This document shows positions 28,884-38,909 of a DNA stretch of 64,000 nt, in pieces. Positions within the stretch are counted from its first letter, which is position 1; each line of letters opens with the position of its first letter. The DNA comes from an uncultured bacterium (lineage in GTDB: Bacteria; Actinomycetota; Acidimicrobiia; Spongiisociales; ZC4RG35): NCBI GenBank assembly GCA_963753285.1, contig CAVWBT010000001.1, forward strand, positions 115,194 through 179,193, read 5' to 3'. The notes beneath the pieces are model-generated. The model did not search any database and was not told where the DNA came from. It saw only the letters and a program-made list of their open reading frames with translations. The position numbers were made by a program, and so were the translations under genes.

Positions 28884-29687
28884 ATGCAGCGTTTCACCGG
28901 CCTGCAGCGGATCTTCAATCCGCTGCGATATCGGACCCATCGGACGATCGCAGTCATCGGCGTCGCATCCGGAGCGCTGGCACTCGCCCTCGGCAACGAA
29001 CTGACCGAAGCCGTCTGGGCGGGGATCGCCGCCGGGATCGGGTGGGTCTTCGCCCGGGAGCTGCATCCCGACAACGAGTTCGCCGGTCTGGCGGCGGGCG
29101 TGATCGCCGGAGTCTTCCAGGCGCTGGTCGGCGGTGTCGGTCTCGGGGTCTGCTATCTCCTGATCGTCTTCCTGCGGATCATCATCAGAACCACGGGCGC
29201 AGCCCCGACCACGTTCGATCTGGTGCTCAACCTGGTCGTCGTGCTGTTCGTGTCGGACACGCTGCCCGGCTTCCTGGCGAGCATGGGAGTCGCGCTGGCG
29301 CTCTTCTTGTCGCCCGCCCTCCCGAATCCGTCACCGGGCCAGCACCGGCTCTGGGCGTTCGCGTTCGCCGCCGTCGCGCTCACGGGTTTGGCCTTCAGTC
29401 CCGCGCCCGAGGCTCCGGATCCATCGGGTGCCACCTGGCTCCTCTTCTCGGTCGCGATGCTCGCGTCGATCGGGCTCTTCCCGGCGACCCGCCCCACGTC
29501 CGTCGGGGACTTCGACAACGAGCCGCTCGATGGAGGACGGCTGCGGCTCGGGCGGATCGAACTCGTCGCGCTGTTGACCGTCGTGACCATCTCGACGCTC
29601 GGCTCGGGTGTCGCTCCGCTGGCGCCTGCATTCGCCGCCGTGCTCGCCACCGGGGCGTTCAGGATCAGAGAGCTCGTCTCATCCTGA
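28884..29687 (+). CDS. Polytopic membrane protein, hypothetical
   Basis: Multiple hydrophobic segments. Confidence 0.45.
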   Translation: MQRFTGLQRIFNPLRYRTHRTIAVIGVASGALALALGNELTEAVWAGIAAGIGWVFARELHPDNEFAGLAAGVIAGVFQALVGGVGLGVCYLLIVFLRIIIRTTGAAPTTFDLVLNLVVVLFVSDTLPGFLASMGVALALFLSPALPNPSPGQHRLWAFAFAAVALTGLAFSPAPEAPDPSGATWLLFSVAMLASIGLFPATRPTSVGDFDNEPLDGGRLRLGRIELVALLTVVTISTLGSGVAPLAPAFAAVLATGAFRIRELVSS

Positions 29688-30483
29688 CGTGCGGCCCGAT
29701 CCCGTCGACGTCGTACTCCGCTGAGGTCACCTCGAAGCCGAGCTTGGTGTAGAACCCGGCGGCGGAGGTCCGGGCCGACGCCCACACCGAGGTTCCGCCG
29801 TCCTCTCTGACGTGATCGCAGACGGCGTCGATCAGCATGCGTCCCAGCCCACTCCCCCGGATGGCCTCCGATGTCGCCATCGCCCTCAGGCGGTGCCGGC
29901 TGTCGTCCTCGGGGGAGCCCTCGAGAAAGACTCCGGCCGTGCCTTCGATCTCACCGTCGCAGATGACGCCGAACCAGGTGGCGTCGACATCGCCGTGCAT
30001 GGCCACGGCGGATCGGGGCATCCCGGCCCTGAGGAAACGGTGGCGAATGTCGACGGTGGAGGGCTCATCCACGCGCGCCACCACGAAGAGCTTCTCGGTG
30101 ATCGACGTGGCTCGCTCGAGCATGACCGAGACCGAACAGGTTCGTCTGGTCAACTCAACTGCCCGCTCCAGGCGATCGACGGGCGCCTCGGAACGGACGT
30201 GGTAGCGCAGATCGATGGTCGTCCAGACGCGCGGGGTCGAGGTGGCCCGCGTTGCGTCGACCGCCACCTCGAAGTCGGAGACCGGCAGGCGCATCTTGCC
30301 GACGATCGATTCCCAGGTCGCCGCGGTACAGGTGGCGAGCGAGGCGAGCAGCAGTTCCATCGGTGCGGGCCCGGGATCGGCGGCCGACTGCGATCCGGCG
30401 GTGACGACCAGGGCGTGCTTCGAGCTGGTCGTGACCTCGTAGGACGACGATCCGAGCTGTCGAGCCGTGATGATGCGCTCCAT
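29665..30483 (-). CDS. OsmC/Ohr-family domain fused to a C-terminal GNAT acetyltransferase domain
   Basis: N-terminal OsmC-like region (LLLASLATCTAATWES..). C-terminal GNAT motif IRGSGLGRMLIDAVCDHVRE..GFYTKLGFEV. Confidence 0.5.
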   Translation of the reverse strand: MERIITARQLGSSSYEVTTSSKHALVVTAGSQSAADPGPAPMELLLASLATCTAATWESIVGKMRLPVSDFEVAVDATRATSTPRVWTTIDLRYHVRSEAPVDRLERAVELTRRTCSVSVMLERATSITEKLFVVARVDEPSTVDIRHRFLRAGMPRSAVAMHGDVDATWFGVICDGEIEGTAGVFLEGSPEDDSRHRLRAMATSEAIRGSGLGRMLIDAVCDHVREDGGTSVWASARTSAAGFYTKLGFEVTSAEYDVDGIGPHVRMRRAL

Positions 30484-30949
30484 CGACGCCACGCTAGATG
30501 CAGCCCGCCCCGACCGCACCGGACCCTGTCGGGCCTTCCGTACCTTCACAAGAGTCGAGACGTCGGGTACGGTCAAAGAGCGGGCGAGCCACTCGACGGT
30601 TTCGTTGAACGGCTCGCTACGGAAAGGGGAGCGATGGACGCGCAGTCGAGACACGTCGAACACCACGTCGTCGGGCCGGTCCACGTGATCGAGCTCCACG
30701 AGGACGGTGCCGAGGACATCGCATCGGCGCTGACGAACGAACGGGACCACTGTGGCGCAGCACGCGTCATCATCGACATCACCGGGTTCGAGGGGGCACT
30801 CGACATCGTGCTCGAAGGCGCCGAGAGGAGCGGCTGGGATCACGACATCATGATTCGCACCGCCGATCAGCGACATCTCACGCTCGACGAGTTGAGAGGC
30901 GATACGAGCGCCTCCTCATCCTGAGGGATCGGCGCGGAGGAACTCCGGA

Positions 30950-31282
30950 TCAGTCCTCGTCGACACGCCCCTCATCGGGGCTCATCTGTGGCGCGTGGTG
31001 CGGATGTTCCGCCTGAGCCTCCTCGGAAGGAGTTGCCGGCTCGGCCTGGGCTTCCCACTTCTCCTTCGCCGCAGCGACACCTTGGTCGATCGCCTCGCCC
31101 AGCTGTTGCGCCGCCTTCTTCGCTGACTCGAGCGCATTCAGGCGGGCACCCCGGCTCGCCTCCCACGCCTCACGGAGGGCGTTGCCGACGCCTTCCAGCG
31201 CAGCCTCGGCTTCATTGGCCCAGTCGCTCCGCTGCTGGGTGGGCTCCTCGTTCGCTTCGGGCGCCTTGCCCTCGTCGGTCAT
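30950..31282 (-). CDS. Small acidic hypothetical protein
   Basis: MTDEGKAPEANEEP..., low-complexity acidic sequence. Confidence 0.35.
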   Translation of the reverse strand: MTDEGKAPEANEEPTQQRSDWANEAEAALEGVGNALREAWEASRGARLNALESAKKAAQQLGEAIDQGVAAAKEKWEAQAEPATPSEEAQAEHPHHAPQMSPDEGRVDED

Positions 31283-31353
31283 CGCGACCTCCTCTCGTCG
31301 ACCACATTCTGAGCCACCGGGCCGACCAACCCAAGAGGCAAACGTCACCGCGG

Positions 31354-31575
31354 TCAGTCGCGATCCGAGCCTTCGGCCTCACCGCCACGACGGCGTGGAC
31401 GCCGCCCTGCTCTTCGGGCGGCGTCCACGAGGACCGCCTCGATCTGTGCGTTGACCGATCGGAACTCGTCTGCCGCCCACGCCTCGTACACGGCATAGAG
31501 CTCGGGTGGGATCCTCAGGAGGAACTGCTTGCGATCTCGCGCCACGGAACGAAGCTCAGCGACTGAGCGTGCCAA
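31354..31575 (-). CDS. Arc/MetJ-type ribbon-helix-helix DNA-binding protein
   Basis: [32 protein letters not shown] resembles the Arc-family RHH fold. Confidence 0.5.
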   Translation of the reverse strand: MARSVAELRSVARDRKQFLLRIPPELYAVYEAWAADEFRSVNAQIEAVLVDAARRAGRRPRRRGGEAEGSDRD

Positions 31576-32446
31576 CGTTGACGACCGGAGCCGTCGGGTT
31601 GTCGCTGGCGATGACGGTCATCAGGTTCGAGGCGAACGTCGCCTTCCGATCGTTGTCGAGCGGTATCGAATCGTGCCCGTCACCTCCGCGCTCCAGCGCT
31701 GCGATCGCCTCCTGAACCATGAGGACTGCGCCCTCGACGATCTTCATGCGAGCTGCGACGATGGCCGACGCCTGCTGGCGCCGCAACATCGCCTCGGCGA
31801 TCTCCGGTGCGTAGGCGAGGTCGGTGATTCTCGACTCGATGATCTCGACCCCTGCCTCCGAGGCCCGCTCCTGGAGCTCGATCATCAGAGCATCGTTGAC
31901 GTCGCTCGTATCGCCGATCAGCGTCGTGACGTCGTCGTCCTCGAAGTTGTCGTAGGGATAGGACCTGGCCAGCTGCCGCACCGCCGATTCGGATTGGGTC
32001 TCGACGTAGCTCGTGAAGTCGTCGACGCCGAACACCGCTCGGGCGGTGTCGGTGACACGCCAGACGACGACCGCAGCGATCTCGATCGGGTTTCCGTTCG
32101 AATCGTTGACCTTCGATGTCGCCGTCGTGAAGTTGCGGACACGTTCTGAGATCTTCTGCTTTCGATACAGCGGGTTGGCGAGCCGGAGACCGGGTCTCCG
32201 ATCCGTCCCCCGGTAGTCGCCGAACAGGGTCACGACTGCCGCCTGGTTGGGCTGCACCATGTAGAACCCGACTGCGATGATGACGATCGGGACGGCGATG
32301 ACCGCTGAGGCGATCACCATCCAGATCTCCTGATTCACGAGCCCCACGATCAGCAGCGCAAGCGCTCCGAGCGCAGCGACGACCTCGGCGATCAGCCAGG
32401 GGACGCCGGACCTGGTGCTGGCCTGGGATTCCGACAACACGTTCAC
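31556..32446 (-). CDS. SPFH/band-7 (stomatin/prohibitin-like) membrane protein
   Basis: N-terminal TM followed by an SPFH domain pattern (..[24 protein letters not shown]..). Confidence 0.65.
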   Translation of the reverse strand: MNVLSESQASTRSGVPWLIAEVVAALGALALLIVGLVNQEIWMVIASAVIAVPIVIIAVGFYMVQPNQAAVVTLFGDYRGTDRRPGLRLANPLYRKQKISERVRNFTTATSKVNDSNGNPIEIAAVVVWRVTDTARAVFGVDDFTSYVETQSESAVRQLARSYPYDNFEDDDVTTLIGDTSDVNDALMIELQERASEAGVEIIESRITDLAYAPEIAEAMLRRQQASAIVAARMKIVEGAVLMVQEAIAALERGGDGHDSIPLDNDRKATFASNLMTVIASDNPTAPVVNVGTLSR

Positions 32447-32591
32447 TGGGGCCTCCTTGTGCCTTCGACTCCCGCCGATATCATCATGCTATCACATTGA
32501 TTCCACGCTTGGGAGAGCGCGATCGAGACGTGACGTGTGGCACTTGCCCCCGGTGACTCCAATTCGGATCATCGGAACGAAAGGAGGATGT

Positions 32592-33233
32592 GTGACCACC
32601 GCACTCCAACGGAACACTCTGCTGCTCGACGAGTATCTGCCGGACTTCGACCAGACCCGCATCGAACACCTGGTGATCGACGCTCCCACGGACGTCGTCT
32701 ACGAAACGATGCGCACGGTCGACTTCCTGATGGTGCACTCGCCCATCACCGACCTGGCGATGTTCGTTCGCGGGCTGCCGGAGAAGATCGGTCGGTTCCG
32801 GCGTCACAACGAGCCGCCACCGCCGCCGCTCCCATCGATGAAGCTGTCTGGTTTGTTCGACCGCGAAGGATTCGAGCGCCAAGAGACATTGGATGGCTGG
32901 GTCGGGCTCGCCGAGGAGCGCGGTCGCGAGATCGCGTTCGGGGCCGTCGGGAAACCGTGGCTGGCCGAGATCGAATGGAAGACGGTGCCGTCCGAGGACT
33001 TCGCCGGGTTCGACGAGGCGGGATGGGCGAAGATCGCCGCCTCACTGTCGGTGCGCGAGTACGGCGCCAAGCGATCGATCCTCACGTACGAGGCGCGGAC
33101 GGGGATGACCGACGACGAGAGTCGCGACCGGTTCAACCGCTACTGGACGGTCGTCTCGCCATTCGTCGGAACGATCATGCGGGCGTTGTTGCGAACGGTC
33201 GCCGACAGCGTGGCAGAGTCTCCCGAAACCTGA
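32592..33233 (+). CDS. Conserved hypothetical protein, tandem paralog 1
   Basis: GTG start after an aaggagg RBS. About 45% identical to the 33456-34112 protein (..FLMVHSPITDLAMFVR.. versus ..CLMIHSPITDLAVFVR..). Confidence 0.45.
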   Translation: MTTALQRNTLLLDEYLPDFDQTRIEHLVIDAPTDVVYETMRTVDFLMVHSPITDLAMFVRGLPEKIGRFRRHNEPPPPPLPSMKLSGLFDREGFERQETLDGWVGLAEERGREIAFGAVGKPWLAEIEWKTVPSEDFAGFDEAGWAKIAASLSVREYGAKRSILTYEARTGMTDDESRDRFNRYWTVVSPFVGTIMRALLRTVADSVAESPET

Positions 33234-33455
33234 ACCGCGCGCCGACAGCCGAACGCCACTCGGGGCCGGCGAGCCCATCGGCGCGAAACCGAGGCGTGAT
33301 GCCGGCCTCGGTCCCACCATGCCCGAGACGGCTGACGTCGTGTCGATCTGATGGCGTTCGAGGCAGGAAATATGACCACCGGACGGCCGGTCAGGACATG
33401 CGGCCCTACCGCTCCGGGCAGCCCCGGTGCAGGGTGAGGCACGAAGGAGCCCCCC

Positions 33456-34112
33456 TTGACCACCTCCACCGGCCCGGACACTCGTTTCATCGATTCGTTC
33501 ATGCCTGCCTACGACTTCGTACGGATCGAGCAACGGGTCATCGAGGCGCCCGCCGCCGACGTCTACAAGGTGATCCGCGACCTCGATTGCCTCATGATCC
33601 ACTCGCCGATCACGGACTTGGCCGTGTTCGTCCGGCATCTGCCCAGCCGGCTGGTGCCGGCGGAGCCGGGACAGGTCTCGAAGACACCACCGATGCCGCG
33701 ATTCAGGCTGTCCGCGCTCTTCGAGGAGCGGAGTCCCGAGCAGGAACGCTCCATCGGCGCGTGGGTCGGCATCGCCGAGCAACCGGGTCGTTCGTTGGTG
33801 TTCGGCGCCGTAGGAAAACCCTGGAAGGCTCGAGTCGAATGGAGGTCGGTCCAGCCGGGAGAGGTGGCGACGTTCAGTGAACCTGGCTGGGCGAAGATCA
33901 TCGCATCGCTCTCCGTGCAGGCGCTCGACGATCGACGTTCGCTGCTGATCTACGAGGCCCGAAGCACCGCAACGGACAGAGACAGTCGCGAGCGATTTCA
34001 TCGGTATTGGTTGGCGATCTCGCCATTCGTCGCAGCGATCATGCGGGCGATGCTGCGCGCCGTCGAAGAACAGATGACCGAGGAGTCAGCGACCGATTCG
34101 CCGACGGACTGA
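33456..34112 (+). CDS. Conserved hypothetical protein, tandem paralog 2
   Basis: Paralog of 32592-33233. Confidence 0.45.
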   Translation: MTTSTGPDTRFIDSFMPAYDFVRIEQRVIEAPAADVYKVIRDLDCLMIHSPITDLAVFVRHLPSRLVPAEPGQVSKTPPMPRFRLSALFEERSPEQERSIGAWVGIAEQPGRSLVFGAVGKPWKARVEWRSVQPGEVATFSEPGWAKIIASLSVQALDDRRSLLIYEARSTATDRDSRERFHRYWLAISPFVAAIMRAMLRAVEEQMTEESATDSPTD

Positions 34113-34150
34113 AGCACCTGCTCGTCGCCGCCGAGCGGCGTGGCTGAGGA

Positions 34151-34468
34151 TCAACCGCCCCCCAACGATGGCGACTCCGACACCGGCCGCGCCATGGCGT
34201 CGAGCAACTCCCCAACGGTGTGGCCTGCCTCGACTCGATGACGCATCGAGCCATCTCGGACGATGCTGTAGTGATTGCGACGACCTTCTCGCCGCTTCGT
34301 GATGAAGCCGGCGACCTCGAGATCGTTGACGATCCCTTGCACTGCTCGCTCGGTGATGCCGACCGCATCGGCGAGATCTCGCAAACGCAGGTCAGGATCG
34401 CGAGCCAGACAGATCAGGACGTGACTGTGATTGGTGAGGAAGGTCCAGCCTTCCTCGGTCGTGTTCTG
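34151..34468 (-). CDS. Winged-helix (MarR/ArsR-like) transcriptional regulator
   Basis: LICLARDPDLRLRDLADAVGITERAVQGIVNDLEVAGFITKRREGRRNHY. Confidence 0.45.
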   Translation of the reverse strand, partial: QNTTEEGWTFLTNHSHVLICLARDPDLRLRDLADAVGITERAVQGIVNDLEVAGFITKRREGRRNHYSIVRDGSMRHRVEAGHTVGELLDAMARPVSESPSLGGG

Positions 34469-34500
34469 TGGTGCTGTCACACGTTCACCCGTTCGGCCGC

Positions 34501-36022
34501 TCACTCCCCTTGACCCAGCGAGTATGACTGCTCGCCATCGAAGGTGTAGAGATGCTCGGTCTTGATGACGTCGTAACCCGCCGCATCGAGCGATCCGAGC
34601 AGTTCGAGGACACCTGAGAAGTCGGCGGCTCCGCCGTCGGAACGGACGAACCGGCACCGCCAGTGATCGGTGCAAAAGGTCTCGGGCAGCCCGTCGGGGA
34701 ACACCTTCACGCCGCGGTTGGTGATCATCTTCAACTCCCACCCGGCCGGCGCCGCCCCCTGGAGCCCCGAGCCGAGGGTGTTGGGGTTGCGGTCATCCGC
34801 CGCCCAGTCCACGAAAGCATCGACACCCTGCAGCTGCTTGACACGCTGCGGCCGCGGCTTGGGGGTGACGTGAATCCCACCCGGTCGATACTGGACCGGA
34901 GCGAGCTGGCGGGGACGCTCGCCGAGGCGCTCGATGACGGCGTTGGTGAACTCCTGGGTGCCGACTTCGCGCCGGCTCAGCCCCTCCCGGTAGATGTCTG
35001 CGGTGTGGATGCCGCTCTCGAGGGTGGAGAGCCAGGCGTTCTTGATCCGCTCGGCGATCTCGGCCTCTCCGATGTGGACCAACAGCTGGGTGGCGGCGAG
35101 CAGCAGGCCCGAGGGATTTGCGACATCCTTGCCGGCGATGTCCGGCGCCGAGCCGTGAACGGCCTCGAACATGGCTACCTCATCACCGATGTTCGCCGAG
35201 CCGGCCAGGCCCACCGAACCGGAGACCTGGGAGGCGATATCGGAGAGGATGTCTCCGTAGAGGTTGAGCGTGACAATGACGTCGAACGTCTCCGGCTGGG
35301 CGGCGAGACGAGCGGCGCCGATGTCGATGATCTGGTGTTCGGACTCGAGGTCGGGATATTCGGCGGCGACCTCTTCGAACACCCGATGGAACAGGCCGTC
35401 GGTCAACTTCATGATGTTGTCCTTGGTCATGCAGGTGACCTTGCGGCGTCCGTAGGCCCGGGCGTACTCGAAGGCGTAGCGGATGATGCGCTCCGACCCC
35501 GGGCGCGTGACGAGCTTGAGGACCTGGGCGACCTCGTCGGTCTGTTGATGCTCGATGCCGGCGTACAGGTCCTCCTCGTTCTCGCGGACGACGACGAGAT
35601 TGATACCCGGGTGAGTGGATGCGACGAACGGCGCGTACGACTTGGAGGGCCGAACGTTTGCGAACAAATTGAGCGTCTTGCGGATCGTGACGTTGAGGCT
35701 CTTGTAGCCGCCACCGAGTGGTGTCGTGATCGGAGCCTTCAGAAGGACCTTGTTCCGCCGGATCGTCTCCCATGCCTCCGGAGCGATACCTGACGTGTGA
35801 CCCTGGAGATAGAGGTCGCCTGCCGATCTCGATCGTGTCGTAGCGGAGCGGAGCGCCGGCGGCGTCGAGCACGCGCAGCGTGGCGTCCATGATCTCTGGT
35901 CCGATGCCGTCACCCTTGGCCACGGTGATCGGCACGGGCGTCTTGCGCCGAACGGCCTCCACCCGGTTGGAAGGGTCGATGATTGCGGTTCCGTCGGCCA
36001 TGCCATCTCCTGAGTCGTTCAC
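34501..36022 (-). CDS. icd: NADP-dependent isocitrate dehydrogenase (E. coli-like, IMDH type), frameshifted near 35820, with ~125-aa C-terminal extension
   Basis: N-terminus (IDPSNRV..VAKGDGIGPEIMDATLRVLDAAGAPLRYDTIEIG) is in one frame and the rest (..NLYGDILSDIASQVSGSVGLAGSANIG.., GTQEFTNAVIERL) in another. The shift is a 1-nt insertion or 2-nt deletion at ~35815-35830. Confidence 0.6.
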
Positions 36023-36108
36023 CTCTCGATCACATTAGAACATGAATACATGAATTGCAATTCATGTAGTTGCGTTCTTCTGCCCTGGATCTCGGAGCTG
36101 AGCGCGCC

Positions 36109-37404
36109 ATGCGAATTCGGTGTCCGGCCGGCGCCGCATCTGTCACACTCGCGCTCGTGAAGTTCACCCCGCTCGTCCGCGTCGTCGCAGCGCGCTTTGT
36201 TTCCCGCACCGGGAGCGAGGCTGCCTTCTTCGTGGGCATCTGGGGCAAGCTCGCCTATGAGCTCGAGGGAGATGCGGTGGACATCGCCTTCGTGCTCGGC
36301 GTCGCAGGCGTGGCAGCCTTGATCGGCTCGGCGATCGCAGGGACACTCGTCGATCGATTCGGGCCCAAACGGGTTCTCATCACTGCAGAGATCCTCTTCG
36401 TGCCGTCCGTGCTCTCCGCGCTGTTGGTCGACACGGTTCCCCAGTTCGCTCTCGTCGTGGGCCTGTTCGGGCTCACGTCCGCTCCAGCATTCACGGCGAT
36501 CGCCTCCCTCCCCCCGTTCCTCACGACCGACCAACATCAGTTGGGCCGCATGAACGCACTCGTCGAGGGGGCTGGAATGGCTGCGCTGATCACCGGGTCG
36601 GCGAGCGGCGCCGCGCTTGCATCACTTGTGTCACTGAACTCGATCTTCGTCTTCGATGCGCTGACGTCGATCGTCGCCGTCGCCATGCTGGTCACCCTCC
36701 CGCTGGTGACCCACGACGCCGCGACACCGAGGCCATCCGGATCGAGCTGGTTCGAGCTCAGGGCGGGACTCGCCTGCTCGTGGTCCAACCGGCGGCTCCG
36801 CTTCTACCTGGGCATGGGTGCGTCGGTTTGGCTCATCTTCGGGCTGTTCACCGCCCTCGAACCCCTGTTCTTCCGCGACGTCCTCGAGAAGGGACCGGAG
36901 ACGATCGGGTGGGTCAACTCCCTGTTCGGATTCGGCCTCGTCGGAGGGACCATCCTCGCAAATCGATTCACCGATCGCCTTCGGTCGGCGCGCAGCGTGC
37001 TCGTGCTGCTGGCCCTCAACGGCGTCGGAACGTTGATCTATGTCGGGACGTCCACCCTGACCGTCGTTGCCATGGGCGGGATCGTCTGGGGGTCTGTGAT
37101 CGGACTCTTCGCACCTGCAGTCCGGACGATGCTCCACGTCAACTCCCCACGAACGATGGTCGGTCGCGTGATGGGGACCAGCCAGTCGCTCGCCGAGATC
37201 GCCAAGCTCGGACCTCTGGTCGCCGCCCCTGCCCTGGCGAACCTCTTCGGCGTCCAGGAGACGCTCGCCACGTCCGGGATCGTGTTGATCGTCATCGGAG
37301 CGCTCTCCTGGAGGTTCGGCACCCACCTCGACGAGACCCGAACAATCATCGACCGACCCGACGAAGTCGTTGCGGGAATGGCTCCTCCGGCCACCGCGGA
37401 CTGA
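36109..37404 (+). CDS. MFS transporter (12-TMS type)
   Basis: Hydrophobicity pattern and MFS-like loop motifs (GTLVDRFGPKR). Confidence 0.6.
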   Translation: MRIRCPAGAASVTLALVKFTPLVRVVAARFVSRTGSEAAFFVGIWGKLAYELEGDAVDIAFVLGVAGVAALIGSAIAGTLVDRFGPKRVLITAEILFVPSVLSALLVDTVPQFALVVGLFGLTSAPAFTAIASLPPFLTTDQHQLGRMNALVEGAGMAALITGSASGAALASLVSLNSIFVFDALTSIVAVAMLVTLPLVTHDAATPRPSGSSWFELRAGLACSWSNRRLRFYLGMGASVWLIFGLFTALEPLFFRDVLEKGPETIGWVNSLFGFGLVGGTILANRFTDRLRSARSVLVLLALNGVGTLIYVGTSTLTVVAMGGIVWGSVIGLFAPAVRTMLHVNSPRTMVGRVMGTSQSLAEIAKLGPLVAAPALANLFGVQETLATSGIVLIVIGALSWRFGTHLDETRTIIDRPDEVVAGMAPPATAD

Positions 37405-37444
37405 CCGGTTTCCGTCGCCGACAAACCCTCGATAGCGTGATCGC

Positions 37445-38908
37445 GTGACCCAGAAGACAAACCCCGGACCGCCGGCCGGCGTCGACTACGACCAGAAGTG
37501 GCGAGTGATGGCGACGGTCGCCACCGGCGTGATCCTGGCAACGATCGACGGCTCGATCGTGAACGTCGCACTCCCCACCCTCGTCGAGTTCTTCGACACG
37601 TCGTTCGCGACCATCCAGTGGGTTGCGCTCGGCTACCTGCTGACGCTGGCGACGCTCACGCTCCTCGTCGGCCGAATCGGCGACATCGTCGGGAAGCGCA
37701 AGATCTACAACGCCGGGTTCATCGCCTTCACCGCCGCCTCGGTGCTCTGCGCCTTTGCACCGACCGTCGGCTTCCTCATCGCCTTCCGCGTGATCCAGGC
37801 GCTTGGCGCAACGATGGTGCTCGCCCTCGGCATCTCCATCCTGACGGAGGCGTTCCCGCCGACCGAACGCGGCAAGGCGCTCGGCTACATCGGGACCGCC
37901 GTCTCGCTCGGCATCGTGACCGGCCCGGTCGTCGGGGGCGTACTGATCGAGGCGTTCGACTGGCGGTCGATCTTCCTGGTGAACCTGCCGGTCGGCATCG
38001 TCGGCACGATCCTGGCCTTCAGATACGTCCCCGACGTGCCTCCGGTGCCTGGACAGACGATGGACTTCTGGGGTGCCGGACTGCTCAGCTCTGGCCTGCT
38101 GTCGCTGTCGCTGGCGCTCACGCTGGGCCAGGAGCGCGGATTCGGCGACGGGCTGATCCTGTCGCTGTTCGCAGCTTTCGCCGTGCTGGCCGCGCTCTTC
38201 GTCCGCGTCGAACTCTCGACAGAGAGTCCGATGATCCAGCTCAGGCTGTTCCGGAACCCGCTGCTGTCGGTCTCCGTCGTTTCCGGCTTCCTGGTCTTCG
38301 CCGCGCTGTCGGCGACGTTCTTCCTGCTGCCGTTCTATCTCGAAGGGGTGCTCGGCTTCGAGGTCGGCCAGGTCGGGTTGCTGCTGGGGGCGGGACCGCT
38401 CGTGCTCGGCGTCGTCGCCCCCATCTCCGGCACCCTGTCGGACCGCTGGGGCATCCGATCCCTCACTCTGGGCGGACTGTTCGTCCTCACGGCGGTCTAT
38501 CTGGCGATCCAGCTGCTCTCGACCGAGACGCAATGGTGGGAGTACGTGCTGATCGCCGTGCCGCTCGGCGCGGGTGTCGGGATCTTCCAGTCACCCAACA
38601 ACAGCGCCATCATGGGTTCGATCCCCCGCGAATACTCCGGCGTCGGAGGCGGGCTGCTCAACCTGACGAGGCTGTTGGGGCAGATCACCGGAATCGCCGT
38701 TCTGGGCTCGGTCTGGGCGAGCCGAGTGCTCGCCGTCTCGACAGACCCGGTGCCGGGCAACAACGCCTCGGCCGCGAGCGGCGCGGCCCAGGTCGAGGGA
38801 CTCCACTTCACCTTCGCCATTGCCGCTGCGTTGATCGGATCGGCTGCGGTCATCGGCCTCTGGGCACTGCGAAAGGAACGCGCGACCCGGCCCGTCGCAG
38901 CGCAATGA
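37445..38908 (+). CDS. MFS transporter, DHA2 (EmrB/QacA) drug:H+ antiporter family, 14 TMS
   Basis: LPTL..F..S....QWV..GYLL, GR.GD..GKRK and other DHA2 signatures. Confidence 0.7.
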   Translation: MTQKTNPGPPAGVDYDQKWRVMATVATGVILATIDGSIVNVALPTLVEFFDTSFATIQWVALGYLLTLATLTLLVGRIGDIVGKRKIYNAGFIAFTAASVLCAFAPTVGFLIAFRVIQALGATMVLALGISILTEAFPPTERGKALGYIGTAVSLGIVTGPVVGGVLIEAFDWRSIFLVNLPVGIVGTILAFRYVPDVPPVPGQTMDFWGAGLLSSGLLSLSLALTLGQERGFGDGLILSLFAAFAVLAALFVRVELSTESPMIQLRLFRNPLLSVSVVSGFLVFAALSATFFLLPFYLEGVLGFEVGQVGLLLGAGPLVLGVVAPISGTLSDRWGIRSLTLGGLFVLTAVYLAIQLLSTETQWWEYVLIAVPLGAGVGIFQSPNNSAIMGSIPREYSGVGGGLLNLTRLLGQITGIAVLGSVWASRVLAVSTDPVPGNNASAASGAAQVEGLHFTFAIAAALIGSAAVIGLWALRKERATRPVAAQ

Positions 38909-38909
38909 A

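Noticed and set aside
36019-37571. Minus-strand ORFs opposite the MFS transporter genes
   Set aside because: Antisense artefacts of GC-rich membrane-protein genes.
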